From a virus (Duplodnaviria > Heunggongvirae > Uroviricota > Caudoviricetes): 64,000 bases of DNA. Position numbers and translations under genes: made by a program. The notes beneath the pieces were generated by a model. That model was not told the origin of the DNA. It saw nothing but the letters and a program-made list of their open reading frames with translations, and searched no databases. The stretch covers positions 1 through 64,000 of the IMG/VR virus record IMGVR_UViG_2802429224_000004. One strand, written 5' to 3'. Positions 43,384 through 53,547 of the stretch are shown here, one piece after another (position 1 is the first letter of the stretch; each line of letters begins with the position of its first letter).

Positions 43384-44973
43384 TTACTTAATAAGCAGCG
43401 GTACGCCCTGGATACGACGGGCTACACCTGTCGGGCAGCAGGCCCAGACCACTTCCCATTTATCGAATTCCGCCTGCGTAACTTTCAGCACATACGGTTC
43501 TGTACCGTCAGCATCCGGATCACGTGGAGCCACCAGAGCGCCGGAGGCGACAAAGCGATCTAAAAGTTTGGTCATACCTTTAGTCAGGCCAGCAGCAGTA
43601 ATGCCGTCCGGGCTATGCTTCATCTGTCTGGCTAACTGGACAAAGAAACGGCTGATTGCGTTCATCAAGGATGGGACGTGCTGGAAGTGCAGATAGTTAT
43701 CCTGCGTGCAGCAAGTTAAAGCATCGTCGATGATCATCTGGCCAGAGGTGCCAACAGATACTTTATTGAGACGGCCCTTGACCATTGCTTCTTCGTCCGG
43801 GGTATCTTCCGGATACAGCGGTTGAATTGACGCACGAGCAATGACGGCACGTTCTTCACCAGCAGGAGAATAATGCCAACCGCCGACATCGGAGTTTTTC
43901 TTAACGCCACGAGCTTTCGCCGCATATGCCACGCCAGACAGACCAAAGACCACACGGGATTGGGTCCATTTGTCTTTGCAGGAGAACGGATAGTGATAGA
44001 AAGAACAGCTTACATAATCGGTACCAAGTAAACCGGTATCTTCAACAGCAGACAGCGCTTCCGTGTATGTCAATGTCGGTTTAACATCAAAGAAGCCATC
44101 AATCAGGCGATCAGAACAGATATTACCTAACGCGGTGATCGCCGCATTGTCATAGCACCCTAGGCCGAGAACAGCGGTGTACATGTACGGGGCATTGTTC
44201 AGCACTTTCACCGCACGCAGGTACGCAGCAGTTGATATTTTCGATTGATCACCGTTGGTACCACCGGTGAACGCCAACGATTTTTTGTTTGTTACTTTCG
44301 CTGTCGAAATCAGCTCTTCATTAACAACCGCGCGCAGATATTTAGAACGGGCTTCCAGAGCAGTAGGCAGATAACACAAGCGACCCATGTCATCTTTCGC
44401 TTCTTCCGCCAAAGACACAGTGTGTGTCTCCAGGGTCGTTACCACACCGAGCGAAGTCGTCTGGGTCAGTTTTAAGAGGAAGCGTTCATTACCCGCGCTG
44501 TCCGCTGTTGCCGTTTCGATGGTTAACTCACGGGTAGGAGAAATACACGGATCACCATCATCAACGTAGATAGCAAAGGCTTCGCCGCTATCAAGTTCAA
44601 TTTCAGAACCGTATGGCAACGCACTGTAAGCCGGTTCGCCTGATTCATCGAACATAATAATCGGGAACTTCGCATCATCCGGAACAGCACGGACAACATA
44701 ACCAGACGTTTGCTGAATAGCTTCGTACACATGGCGAATTGGTTCGAACTGTGAGCCGGAAGACGGCTTCAGCGGTTCGCCGAGAACATCTTCGTAATTG
44801 GACTCAGTAACCGCGAGAACAGTAAACGGCTTGCCACGCGCAAATACGCCAATACCAGCCCACAAGCTGCTATTTAATGCAACACCGGTAGATAACGTCG
44901 CATCGGCATTGATCGGGCTAACCGCGACGCCGGATGCATTACCTAATGACTGTTGAATTGAATATTGAGACAT
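43384..44973 (-). CDS. tail sheath protein (gp22-like)
   Basis: 529 aa, between capsid-like gene and tube-like genes; size and position. Confidence 0.55.
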   Translation of the reverse strand: MSQYSIQQSLGNASGVAVSPINADATLSTGVALNSSLWAGIGVFARGKPFTVLAVTESNYEDVLGEPLKPSSGSQFEPIRHVYEAIQQTSGYVVRAVPDDAKFPIIMFDESGEPAYSALPYGSEIELDSGEAFAIYVDDGDPCISPTRELTIETATADSAGNERFLLKLTQTTSLGVVTTLETHTVSLAEEAKDDMGRLCYLPTALEARSKYLRAVVNEELISTAKVTNKKSLAFTGGTNGDQSKISTAAYLRAVKVLNNAPYMYTAVLGLGCYDNAAITALGNICSDRLIDGFFDVKPTLTYTEALSAVEDTGLLGTDYVSCSFYHYPFSCKDKWTQSRVVFGLSGVAYAAKARGVKKNSDVGGWHYSPAGEERAVIARASIQPLYPEDTPDEEAMVKGRLNKVSVGTSGQMIIDDALTCCTQDNYLHFQHVPSLMNAISRFFVQLARQMKHSPDGITAAGLTKGMTKLLDRFVASGALVAPRDPDADGTEPYVLKVTQAEFDKWEVVWACCPTGVARRIQGVPLLIK

Positions 44974-45033
44974 AACTTTCCCTGTTATGCGCCCCGCACG
45001 GGGGCGCTATGTTAAACGGAGAACTTCCCCTGA

Positions 45034-46740
45034 TTACTCAGAGTCACCGGCATCAATCGTGTCGCCGCTTATGAAGTTAAGCCCGCCTTTTTTGGCCATT
45101 GTCAGCGTTACACGAGTGAAGTAATCAGCGCCGTTGCGTGGGTGCATATCGTTGATAGCCGAACCCCACAGCGTGGTACGGTTGACCAGCGCCGGAGTGG
45201 TCGGATGCTGGAACGGGATGGCCGGGACAGCATCACCAGTCACGAAGCCTGCTTTACCCGGATTTTCATCACGGACGTAGCACAGCACATCCATCGAGCT
45301 GAACTGAATGTTCTCTGTCGTTAAGTTCTTACAAATACCAGCAGGTACTTCGTACACTTTCACGTTACCGAACAGGGTACCGATGTAGTGAACATACGGA
45401 GTCTGGATATAGTCTTCGGCTGGCTGGAAGAAATCCTTCGGCAACTGTTTGAAGAAAGATGCTGCATCAGCACCAGCAAACATCCCCATCGCACCAGAAG
45501 ATTTAACGCGCTCAATAATGTCGCGATATACAGTCTGGAATTTGCCACGAATGATGGTTGCCCATACATCAAAGGACTGGTTAACCGGCAGAGCGATGTC
45601 AAAGGTGTCGGTCGCAAGAGTACGCCAGATCATGATGCGAAGACGCAGCATATCCTGTTCATGAGACAGGTATTCCTTCAGGGTGCGGAACTGTAGGGAA
45701 CCCAGGTCCAGACCAAATTCACGCTGTGCTTCATACGCCGCCTGTACCGTGTGCTCAGCCGCGATAACGAACTGGCTTGGGAACAGGGTGTATTTCTTCA
45801 TTTCGTGGTTGATCAGCGGGATCAGCTCAGGAGCGGCTTCAATATTGATTTCCGTCTCAATTGCGATCTCAGTGCCTTTATCCGGCGCTTTGGAGAACGA
45901 CAGGGCAATCTGACCAATGTTGTAGTTCAGAGAGCAGGTAACAGTGATTTGCTCACCAGCAGCATTAGTAAACGAGTGAAGTAGGCTGCCGGAACCGTTA
46001 TCAACAACAGACTTAATACGGTTAACGTAGATGTTAGTGCGACCTTTTCGGATTGGTACATTCTGGCCTTCGAAGTCTTCCATCTTGAAGGTTGCGGTTT
46101 TGCTGGTGCCATCGGAGCTTGCCACCAGCACATAGCGGCGGCGTAACTGGCTGTACACACCGACGGATTGCATGTCCAGAACATCACCAGCAGCATAAGA
46201 ACCAAAAGAGGAACCTGCCACGTTAAAGACTTCATAGATGTCGGACTGGTCACGCGTAACCGGAATGAAGGTACACGCATCAGCGGTAGCTGCCCCCAAC
46301 TGAACAGGCAGGATCATCGCGAGGAATAAAGGCAGACGCATAACACCGTCAGAAACGCTCATCATCTCTGCTGCGACGGATTCCAGCATCGCTTTATTAG
46401 TGGCATCCATGCTATTGCGGGTGGACTCAATCAGGCAGTTTTCCAGCGTCTGGTGGCAGGAGGCCAAAATTTCCGGACGCGGCATAGATTTATGTGCTGC
46501 GGCGTAGTCAGCCAGTGCACTTGCCCACGCTGTAGCGATTTGAGCGGTGGCATTATCAGAGATACCCGCAAAAATTGGGTCTTTACGTGCAGCTTCAAGG
46601 ATAGATGCGGCACGCGCGGCATCATCTTTAATGAATTGGTTATCAGTACCGAACTGCGCAGTGCTTGCCCAGCCAAGCACAGCTTTAGAGCGTTTTGCGA
46701 TATCTGCAATACGATTCTGGTATTCGCGTAAGTTACTCAA
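45034..46740 (-). CDS. major capsid protein (gp23-like)
   Basis: ~568 aa from TTG at 46740 with aggaag RBS (ORF extends to 46761); large structural ORF next to par locus. Confidence 0.5.
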   Translation of the reverse strand: MSNLREYQNRIADIAKRSKAVLGWASTAQFGTDNQFIKDDAARAASILEAARKDPIFAGISDNATAQIATAWASALADYAAAHKSMPRPEILASCHQTLENCLIESTRNSMDATNKAMLESVAAEMMSVSDGVMRLPLFLAMILPVQLGAATADACTFIPVTRDQSDIYEVFNVAGSSFGSYAAGDVLDMQSVGVYSQLRRRYVLVASSDGTSKTATFKMEDFEGQNVPIRKGRTNIYVNRIKSVVDNGSGSLLHSFTNAAGEQITVTCSLNYNIGQIALSFSKAPDKGTEIAIETEINIEAAPELIPLINHEMKKYTLFPSQFVIAAEHTVQAAYEAQREFGLDLGSLQFRTLKEYLSHEQDMLRLRIMIWRTLATDTFDIALPVNQSFDVWATIIRGKFQTVYRDIIERVKSSGAMGMFAGADAASFFKQLPKDFFQPAEDYIQTPYVHYIGTLFGNVKVYEVPAGICKNLTTENIQFSSMDVLCYVRDENPGKAGFVTGDAVPAIPFQHPTTPALVNRTTLWGSAINDMHPRNGADYFTRVTLTMAKKGGLNFISGDTIDAGDSE

Positions 46741-46874
46741 TTTACTCTTCCTTAAACACAAGGCACTTGTGTGAATCCCTTTTCGGAAGAGATTTTATTG
46801 AAAGTCACTTGTTGACTTTCTCGTGACAAGCAATTTTTTTATTTTTTTCGGGAGTAGGGGATGAAGGTAAAATC

Positions 46875-46965
46875 CAAGGTGAAATCGTGGCGATTTCACC
46901 TTGAAATTTTAGAGGGATTTACTTTAAAAACAGTAGTTTAATGGTGAAATTTGAATGGCGAAAGT
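46875..46965. other. parS centromere
   Basis: Heptamer boxes GTGAAAT/ATTTCAC and hexamer TGGCGA flanking an AT-rich stretch (gtgaaatcgtggcgatttcaccttgaaattt), directly downstream of parB. Confidence 0.6.
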
Positions 46966-47967
46966 TTAAGGCTTCGGCTTTTTATCGAGGCTCTTTCTAA
47001 GGATATGCCCAATCATCCTGTCGAGTTCTTCCTGTAGCTCTTTTGAAAGTCGATTAAACTCATAAGAAAATGCACGGCCTTTCACGCGCTTCCTTGCAAA
47101 GCGATCCTTGTCCTCAAATTTCCATAATTCAGTAACTACGGACTTATCTTTAGAACCTTTATCCGTGAGTAGTGAGGCTTCCTTTGTTATCAAGCGCAGG
47201 ATTTTATTTTTAACTTCATCTTCGGCCATTTCTTCAATGGATAAGATGTCGTTTATTTCCGGGGATATGTTTTGAATAAGCTGATCAAACTCTAAATTCT
47301 TGTTCCCCATTTCGTCGCCAACAGCACAAAGCGTTTTGTAGTCCGAAAAGGTTAATTCCGACTGCACAGGGAAAAGGGCGACTAATTCTTCCGGAGCACT
47401 CGCTGCCTGGAGAGCACGCGTGACCTTCGCCTGAGACAGCCCTTCTTTGGCTGCAATATCCTTCTGACTCATCCCATCATTTTTCATTCGCATCAAACGC
47501 AGACCTATTTCTCGAATGCTGTGCTGCAATGCTGTCTGAACGTCTTTCGCTAAATTTTGCGCTTCCTGAACGCTGATCTCCTGGTCCGTGACTAAAACCC
47601 GCAACCCTACGTTCTCTAAGATGGCAGAAGCTCGACGCCGGGAACCATCCAAAATTTCAATTTTCCCTGTAGCCCGTCTAACACCTATTGCAGGGTAAAA
47701 TTGCTGATGCTTAATAGTGCTTCGGATACTTTTTAATGATTTTGGCGTAAGAGATGCTTGGTCACGCCCGTTGTTATGCTGATCAACAAAGGTATCGCTT
47801 TCTACCTGGTTCGGAGGTATTACCTCTTCAATAAATGTGGCCTGGCGACCAGTTGATAACTTGAATACCTGCTCGACTCGATCGCCAGAGGCTGAAGAAC
47901 TATCAAATCCGCTTAATATTGAAGGATTAAGGGTTCGCCCAATTGTTGGTCTGTTTTTCTTTGACAT
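46966..47967 (-). CDS. parB: partition protein ParB
   Basis: 333 aa; ParB motifs; length and sequence as remembered for P1 ParB. Confidence 0.85.
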   Translation of the reverse strand: MSKKNRPTIGRTLNPSILSGFDSSSASGDRVEQVFKLSTGRQATFIEEVIPPNQVESDTFVDQHNNGRDQASLTPKSLKSIRSTIKHQQFYPAIGVRRATGKIEILDGSRRRASAILENVGLRVLVTDQEISVQEAQNLAKDVQTALQHSIREIGLRLMRMKNDGMSQKDIAAKEGLSQAKVTRALQAASAPEELVALFPVQSELTFSDYKTLCAVGDEMGNKNLEFDQLIQNISPEINDILSIEEMAEDEVKNKILRLITKEASLLTDKGSKDKSVVTELWKFEDKDRFARKRVKGRAFSYEFNRLSKELQEELDRMIGHILRKSLDKKPKP

Positions 47968-47983
47968 GGGGGTTTCTTACTCC

Positions 47984-49180
47984 TCAGTTAGATCTGATAA
48001 ATTCAATACGGTCAAAAACTGCTTTAGCAAAATCTTCCGCGGCAATTCGCGCGTTCTTCAATGCATCAGCACTACCAACATACGTTGCCGGGTTAGCTGA
48101 AATAACAGTGTCAAAAGACTCGCCGCAACGTTCAAAACCGTCAAGGCGAGGGAGGACGACATCGAGCATATCCCCACCGAACACTTCTTTAGCCAGGCTA
48201 TGGCAATACTTATGATCTGCCTTGTTACTCAACTTGGACATAAAACCAATGTTAGTCGCAAGCTGGCACTCGCAGCCTTCATCCGAAATGAGTTTCACCA
48301 ACTCAGGAAGGCGGGCAACGTATTTAAGCGATGAGTGGAAATCGACAGTTGCTGGCGGCAGAGGTGTAAACAGTATATTGGCCGAGGCCAAAGCATTTTT
48401 CAGGAAGGCGTCAAGGTGAGGACCACTATCAACGAGGATAAAGTCATAATCGCTCTTCAGCTTATCAATCACATTTTCTTTCAGGACAGCATGGATGTTC
48501 TGACCCGGTAGATGCTCATTGCACAGCTCTCTCCAATCGGATGCAATAAAGGCATCGTCAATCGACGCAGGCATAACGTCAACCCCAGGTACAACAGAAG
48601 GAACAATAAACTCCTCTAACAGCTCTTCACGGCTTACATTCTGCAACATAGCCTGTGCAGATGTTGCGTTTACGATACCAATAGAGTGTTTATGGCTTAA
48701 AAACATCGTTGCTGAAGATTGCGGATCAAGGTCAATAACCAGAATCCTTAAATCTTCCATCAGAAGATGAGGGTGGGCACGCATTGCATGCGCCAGAGAA
48801 ACCGTCGATACAGTTTTTGACACACCGCCTTTAAGATTGGAGATGAAAATCACATACGCTTCGCTGTAGCGATCCCGGTATTTTGGCACTCCGCGGTGTT
48901 CATATATGTCAATGATGTTCTGAATTGACATCGCATATTTCATTGAAGAGCCAGCAGGGCGTTTATCGAAAACATAACCCTTTTCTTCCATTTCACTTAC
49001 GGCATAGTCAACGTTCGCTCGAGTCAGTAGAGGCAATTTTGCCAGTGCCGCTTTCGCATAGACCTGGTAAAACTCGTTCGCGTGTAGCTCATCCTTTTGC
49101 AACTGTACTTGTTCAGTCAGAACATTGAGCATTCTGTTTGCTCTTTGAGCAACCTTGTGAAGCTGGCTGGAATCACTCAT
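47984..49180 (-). CDS. parA: partition ATPase ParA
   Basis: 398 aa; deviant Walker A KGGVSKT; N-terminal HTH extension. Confidence 0.85.
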   Translation of the reverse strand: MSDSSQLHKVAQRANRMLNVLTEQVQLQKDELHANEFYQVYAKAALAKLPLLTRANVDYAVSEMEEKGYVFDKRPAGSSMKYAMSIQNIIDIYEHRGVPKYRDRYSEAYVIFISNLKGGVSKTVSTVSLAHAMRAHPHLLMEDLRILVIDLDPQSSATMFLSHKHSIGIVNATSAQAMLQNVSREELLEEFIVPSVVPGVDVMPASIDDAFIASDWRELCNEHLPGQNIHAVLKENVIDKLKSDYDFILVDSGPHLDAFLKNALASANILFTPLPPATVDFHSSLKYVARLPELVKLISDEGCECQLATNIGFMSKLSNKADHKYCHSLAKEVFGGDMLDVVLPRLDGFERCGESFDTVISANPATYVGSADALKNARIAAEDFAKAVFDRIEFIRSN

Positions 49181-49317
49181 CGAAAGTCATCCTTTATGCT
49201 GTATTTTTGAATTTAATTAAAAATGCTGCATAAAATAATAATGTATGCGTAGATGCTTGTACATAGCATTCTCTGCATGTTTGGTTCATTTTGTACGATT
49301 GAGAGTTACAAGGAGGG

Positions 49318-49348
49318 CACAAAAAAGCCCCGTTCAGGGGCATCAGTG
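49318..49348 (-). terminator. rho-independent terminator after T5orf172-like gene
   Basis: minus-strand hairpin gcccctgaacggggc followed by TTTTTT. Confidence 0.5.
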
Positions 49349-50158
49349 TTATTTGTTAAGAGCTGCGAATAATCGTTCGAAATCGATAGTATCTATAGCA
49401 CGCGTTAGCGCCGGAAGTTCAGCCTCAAAGCACCCGTTTCGATCGTAAAAGAAGGGACCGAAGAGCGAGGCATGTTGGATTCTACTTCGCCCCAGTCCGG
49501 ACACACAGTTAAGCCCATTACCGGCTAAAAGGCTAAAAAACTTCTCTGGATTATCGTGGTAAAGCTGGGAATCAATGGTGGCGGTTAACTCTTCCATAGG
49601 GAAGCACACCCGCCCTGTCTCCCAGGGATATTTAGTCCGAAGCGTAAACATCGCTTTCAGCAATTCACATTGAGCGCGGATCGCGTCAGGTTCATAGCCA
49701 GATATGGAGACATAAGCCACATCCCTCATTCCTGCGTCATCTTTGAAAGTCACGATAGAAGTAACATCCAGTTCTTTTTCGAAAGAGCGAGCAGCATCTA
49801 CTGGACGCTGAAGTAAATCATTCGACTTAATCCGCTCGAGAATCCCTCCCCACATATCATTTAGATATTCGATATGAGCCAAAACCTTATCAAGACACTC
49901 TCGTGTAAACCATTCAGTATGCCCGCCACCGGCGCTTTTCTCCCACGGCGCATTCCAGGGGAAAAAGGTTGCGTGTAAAGCCCGCTCAAGATTAACTATT
50001 GCCAAACGCGTACCACGATAGACCCGTGAAAGTGCAAAATCGGGACTCACTTGTAGCCCTTTAAACCGTGCCAATGGACCACATGAAATGCCGATTTTAA
50101 AAGTATCTCCGTTCTCCGGCACCAGAACGTAGAGGTAGTGTTGTTTCTCTTCTTGCAT
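49349..50158 (-). CDS. T5orf172 / GIY-YIG-like domain protein (accessory)
   Basis: 269 aa; N-terminus HYLYVLVPENGDTFKIGIS...LERALH...EWF fits the GIY-YIG-like T5orf172 pattern; lies between incA-like iterons and the parA promoter. Confidence 0.5.
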   Translation of the reverse strand: MQEEKQHYLYVLVPENGDTFKIGISCGPLARFKGLQVSPDFALSRVYRGTRLAIVNLERALHATFFPWNAPWEKSAGGGHTEWFTRECLDKVLAHIEYLNDMWGGILERIKSNDLLQRPVDAARSFEKELDVTSIVTFKDDAGMRDVAYVSISGYEPDAIRAQCELLKAMFTLRTKYPWETGRVCFPMEELTATIDSQLYHDNPEKFFSLLAGNGLNCVSGLGRSRIQHASLFGPFFYDRNGCFEAELPALTRAIDTIDFERLFAALNK

Positions 50159-50164
50159 ATCAAT

Positions 50165-50460
50165 ACCACTGCTTGATGAGAACCGCGCAAATGTTGACTA
50201 TGCGCGAAAGTTAATGTGAATAGTTGACTATGCGCGATGTGACTACAGTCAAAAGTTGACTGTAGTCGATTTAACTCCACCAAAAATCGACTATGTAAGA
50301 TATTGTCGGGAGAAACGTTGACTATACGCGATGAAATGACCCTAAAAGCCATCTCAATAGCGACTTGCAGAATATTGACGCCAGCAAAAATCCACCAGCG
50401 TCAACGAATGTCGCCTATAGTCAACTTCTCGCTATCGCATATAGTCAATATTATGGATTG
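50165..50460. repeat. incA-like iteron array downstream of repA
   Basis: At least six copies of TTGACTAT(A/G)CGCG-type repeats in both orientations. Confidence 0.55.
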
Positions 50461-51335
50461 CGCTTATGGATCTGGAAGCCGATTTTCCTGCCGTTTTTTA
50501 TCTCTGAAAATTTAAGATATTCAATAGCTTCCAAATCTTTCATAGCTTTTCTGATAACGCTATTTTGCACGCTAACGGATGATTTGAGATTAAGCCTTGC
50601 TCTAAGGCGCTCAATGCTGACAGGTGCCGGGTTGGCGGGTAGAGCCTCAAAGAATGTATACAGTACCTTGGCCGTCTCTTTGCGCCCGAGCTTATCCAGC
50701 ATCTTCAGCTTCAGGATTCGCTTATAGTCAACATAGTAAAGTTCAGATAGCTGTTTCTGCGGCTGGATCTCGATAACATCAAGCTCGGTATTCAGGCTGC
50801 TATATGCCAACAAGTTGACGTTAATGTTATTGAGATGACCTTTTGCCGCCGGGAAGCGGAATTTGACAACTGTCTGCTGAATGCGTGTCAGAGAGTCATC
50901 AATACTTTTACGGAACGCCTTTGAAAGGCGCTTACGTGGATAGCCGCATCGATCGGCAAACTCGGAGAATGGCAGGGTGATTATGCCGTCATCATCAGGT
51001 GCGTAGTCAAACAACGCGGAGGTTATGCCCACCCACACCTTAAAATCAGTATCCATATCCAGGCGTGGACCATGTATTTCAATTCCCTCATAGCCTTCCT
51101 GCTCAACAATTTTGAGGCTTGATAGTTCTTCGGTTGCGTTCGTTGTGTTTGTAGTAACTGACGATCCGCGACGTAGTGCCACATTGGTAGATTTTAAGGT
51201 TGGCACAAACACACCTAAGCGCAACAAAGCGATGGGTTGTATAGTGCTATTGTTATTGGGTTTCAGGCTGTGGATTTCTCCTGTATTTCCTGCAACTTCT
51301 TCAACGCTAAGGAAGCCTTTATTTTCTTCCGGCAT
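50451..51335 (-). CDS. repA: plasmid replication initiator RepA
   Basis: 294 aa from ATG 51335 with ggag RBS; RepA-family segment QPIALLRLGVFVP; flanked by iteron arrays. Confidence 0.75.
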   Translation of the reverse strand: MPEENKGFLSVEEVAGNTGEIHSLKPNNNSTIQPIALLRLGVFVPTLKSTNVALRRGSSVTTNTTNATEELSSLKIVEQEGYEGIEIHGPRLDMDTDFKVWVGITSALFDYAPDDDGIITLPFSEFADRCGYPRKRLSKAFRKSIDDSLTRIQQTVVKFRFPAAKGHLNNINVNLLAYSSLNTELDVIEIQPQKQLSELYYVDYKRILKLKMLDKLGRKETAKVLYTFFEALPANPAPVSIERLRARLNLKSSVSVQNSVIRKAMKDLEAIEYLKFSEIKNGRKIGFQIHKRNP

Positions 51336-51404
51336 CGTGGTTTCTCCATATGTGGCGCGGCCTGGCGTCATCTGGATTGCAGTTATCAACAACTGTGAAT
51401 AGTC

Positions 51405-51627
51405 AGGCTCTAAAATCGCGTACAGTCAATGTTTCTGTCGCGTATAGTCAACAATAAATCGCGTGCAGTCAACAATAAATCGTGCACAGTCAACATAAAA
51501 TCGCGTATAGTCAATGTTGATCCCATTTCAGGCCAGAAATGGCGCGGCTTACAGCGATCCGGGATCTTCTTTGGATCTTCCTAGGTTCTCTTTAGGATCT
51601 GTTTATTGGATCTATGCTGTGGATAAG
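51405..51627. other. plasmid origin oriR: five direct iterons, GATC cluster, DnaA box
   Basis: Five ~21-bp direct repeats (ATCGCGTATAGTCAA-type) at 51412-51520; five GATC within 51556-51612; perfect DnaA box TGTGGATAA at 51618-51626. Confidence 0.6.
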
Positions 51628-51669
51628 TTGAATAAACCGGCCAATAAAGCCGGTTGGAAGGAAGCCGTA

Positions 51670-52062
51670 TTATTCTACGCTTTCGATAAGAAGACCATGT
51701 TCATAACATTTAAGCTCATCGCCTTCGTACAGGAATTGGTATCCAATACCACCATTTTCATGGACATTAGGGAATAACTCATAACTCACTGAAGAGCAAA
51801 TCACACCAATGCAGCGATCAACGCCTTCTCGTTCTTCAGTGCTGAAAAAATCCTCTTCGGTAAGAACATGAGTACATTGCTCATCAGCATAGGTCGGAAA
51901 TATATGCTCGATGCAATCCGGGTGTTTTAAACCAAGCTGATCGGCAAGCTCGAAAGCATGACGGTATTGTTCAGATCCTGGCTTGCCAACAGTGATGTGC
52001 TCAATTTTGTAGATTGAAGTCGCTTTGTTGATAGTTTGCTTTACTGTTACTTTATCAGACAT
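51670..52062 (-). CDS. hypothetical protein
   Basis: 130-aa ORF; no motif recognised. Confidence 0.35.
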   Translation of the reverse strand: MSDKVTVKQTINKATSIYKIEHITVGKPGSEQYRHAFELADQLGLKHPDCIEHIFPTYADEQCTHVLTEEDFFSTEEREGVDRCIGVICSSVSYELFPNVHENGGIGYQFLYEGDELKCYEHGLLIESVE

Positions 52063-52073
52063 AAAAATCCCTT

Positions 52074-52325
52074 TTAGTTACCGCTGATAGCGCGGTTGTA
52101 ATCATTAACGTTGCGATTCTTCCTGTTAATCCCCATCAGCATCGTTTCTGTATCAAGGATATAGGCTGGCAGATCATCAAAATATTCACTGCTAAACTCT
52201 GGCATCCTGCACATAAATGCACTTTTGGGGGCAGGGTGGTTAACCTTTGTCGGCGTCGGCGTTAAATTCGCTGATCGACTCCCGGAGCAACCGCTGAGTG
52301 TCAGCAGGAATGCGCTGGCGAACAT
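52074..52325 (-). CDS. outer-membrane lipoprotein, o-spanin-like
   Basis: 83 aa from Met MFASAFLLTLSGC (lipobox LSGC), Pro-rich mature part; overlaps 3' end of i-spanin-like gene in another frame. Confidence 0.45.
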   Translation of the reverse strand: MFASAFLLTLSGCSGSRSANLTPTPTKVNHPAPKSAFMCRMPEFSSEYFDDLPAYILDTETMLMGINRKNRNVNDYNRAISGN

Positions 52326-52662
52326 TACCCGCCGCAACCAGTTGTTTCTGAACTTCTGCTTTTCGTTCCATTTGCCTGTCAGCATACTTGGCTTGCTCTG
52401 ATTCATTTTTCACTTCCTGGCTGTGAAAATGTTGATCTGCTTTGTTCATCGTCTCAATGGTCTGGTTAAGATCCATTATTGACTTATCACGTTCCTTAAC
52501 AGCCTGATCAAGACTGCCAATTTTCTCGATGGCTTGCTTTAGCTGATGACGTTCCCATGCAAACCCAGCACCAACAAGTGCGCAAATCAGAACAAGAACA
52601 CCAGTAGCAGCAAGTTTCTCCTTCAAAGACAAAGCTGTTTTTAACGTAGAAAAGAATGACAT
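52240..52662 (-). CDS. i-spanin-like protein (N-terminal TM, periplasmic coiled coil)
   Basis: Start at internal Met with aggagg RBS; TM ATGVLVLICALVGAGFAW then coiled-coil; overlapped lipoprotein gene. Confidence 0.45.
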   Translation of the reverse strand: MSFFSTLKTALSLKEKLAATGVLVLICALVGAGFAWERHQLKQAIEKIGSLDQAVKERDKSIMDLNQTIETMNKADQHFHSQEVKNESEQAKYADRQMERKAEVQKQLVAAGNVRQRIPADTQRLLRESISEFNADADKG

Positions 52663-52701
52663 GTCTTCCTCCTGAAGAAAAATTATCAATGAAGTCCTTT
52701 G

Positions 52702-53547
52702 TTACTGTGCCGCTTTGTTTAATTCATCAAGAACAGAATCAGGAACCAAAGCGGCGACTGCGCTGGATGTGCTGGTCTTATTTGCTGATGCCTCCGCAAG
52801 CGCGGTACCAATAGCATGGTTATAAGCAGTTATGGCTATGCTGGCGCTTTCCTTCGCCCGTTCATACTGCTGTTGCAATGCAACTGTGGGCGCTGTTGTT
52901 TGGTTGAAAACTCCCCCAAACTGTTCAGTTGCTACTTTCAGTGCTTCAATTTGCTTTTCTGTTAGTGCTGGTGGGGGAGTGGCAGTACCTCCGCCTGAAT
53001 CAGAGCCTGACGAGTTTCCTGAGCCAGTGTTAAGGGTCTGGTTAATATCTCCCATAGCAGCAACTAAACTTGATGTATTAAGCGCGTTTACAGCGTCCTC
53101 AAGCGATTTAGTAATAGTCACATCACCAATGGCAATAGAGATCGGCAGTTCTGATACTTCTCGCTCATTAGCACGGCAATAAACATCCCAACCAATATCG
53201 AGTTGAAGCAGCATTGACAGATCTGCATAACCAGCCAACAGGTCCGCGTGCTTAGTTGCCAGTTCTCCAATGTTCGTTAAGCCGGTTGTGGTTGTTCTGA
53301 TCGTTGAAACATAGCTGGTAATAGTGTCGGGATAGACAATTGCATCCAGAATTAATCCGGTCAATTCTTCTGCAAGCAGTTTTGCTGTGTTAGCACTGTT
53401 TCGTGCCGATGTTATGGCACCAGGTGTTTTCATCCCACCGGCGGCGGCCAATTTTTTATATGCGGATAACTGGTAGTCTTTTTCCAGCATGATATCTCCT
53501 AACTTACCTGAACCAGGCCGTCTCCGGACGCTACGGTAGATCCGCAT
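52702..53547 (-). CDS. hypothetical protein
   Basis: 281 aa; Ser/Gly-rich segment; no motif recognised. Confidence 0.35.
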   Translation of the reverse strand: MRIYRSVRRRPGSGKLGDIMLEKDYQLSAYKKLAAAGGMKTPGAITSARNSANTAKLLAEELTGLILDAIVYPDTITSYVSTIRTTTTGLTNIGELATKHADLLAGYADLSMLLQLDIGWDVYCRANEREVSELPISIAIGDVTITKSLEDAVNALNTSSLVAAMGDINQTLNTGSGNSSGSDSGGGTATPPPALTEKQIEALKVATEQFGGVFNQTTAPTVALQQQYERAKESASIAITAYNHAIGTALAEASANKTSTSSAVAALVPDSVLDELNKAAQ

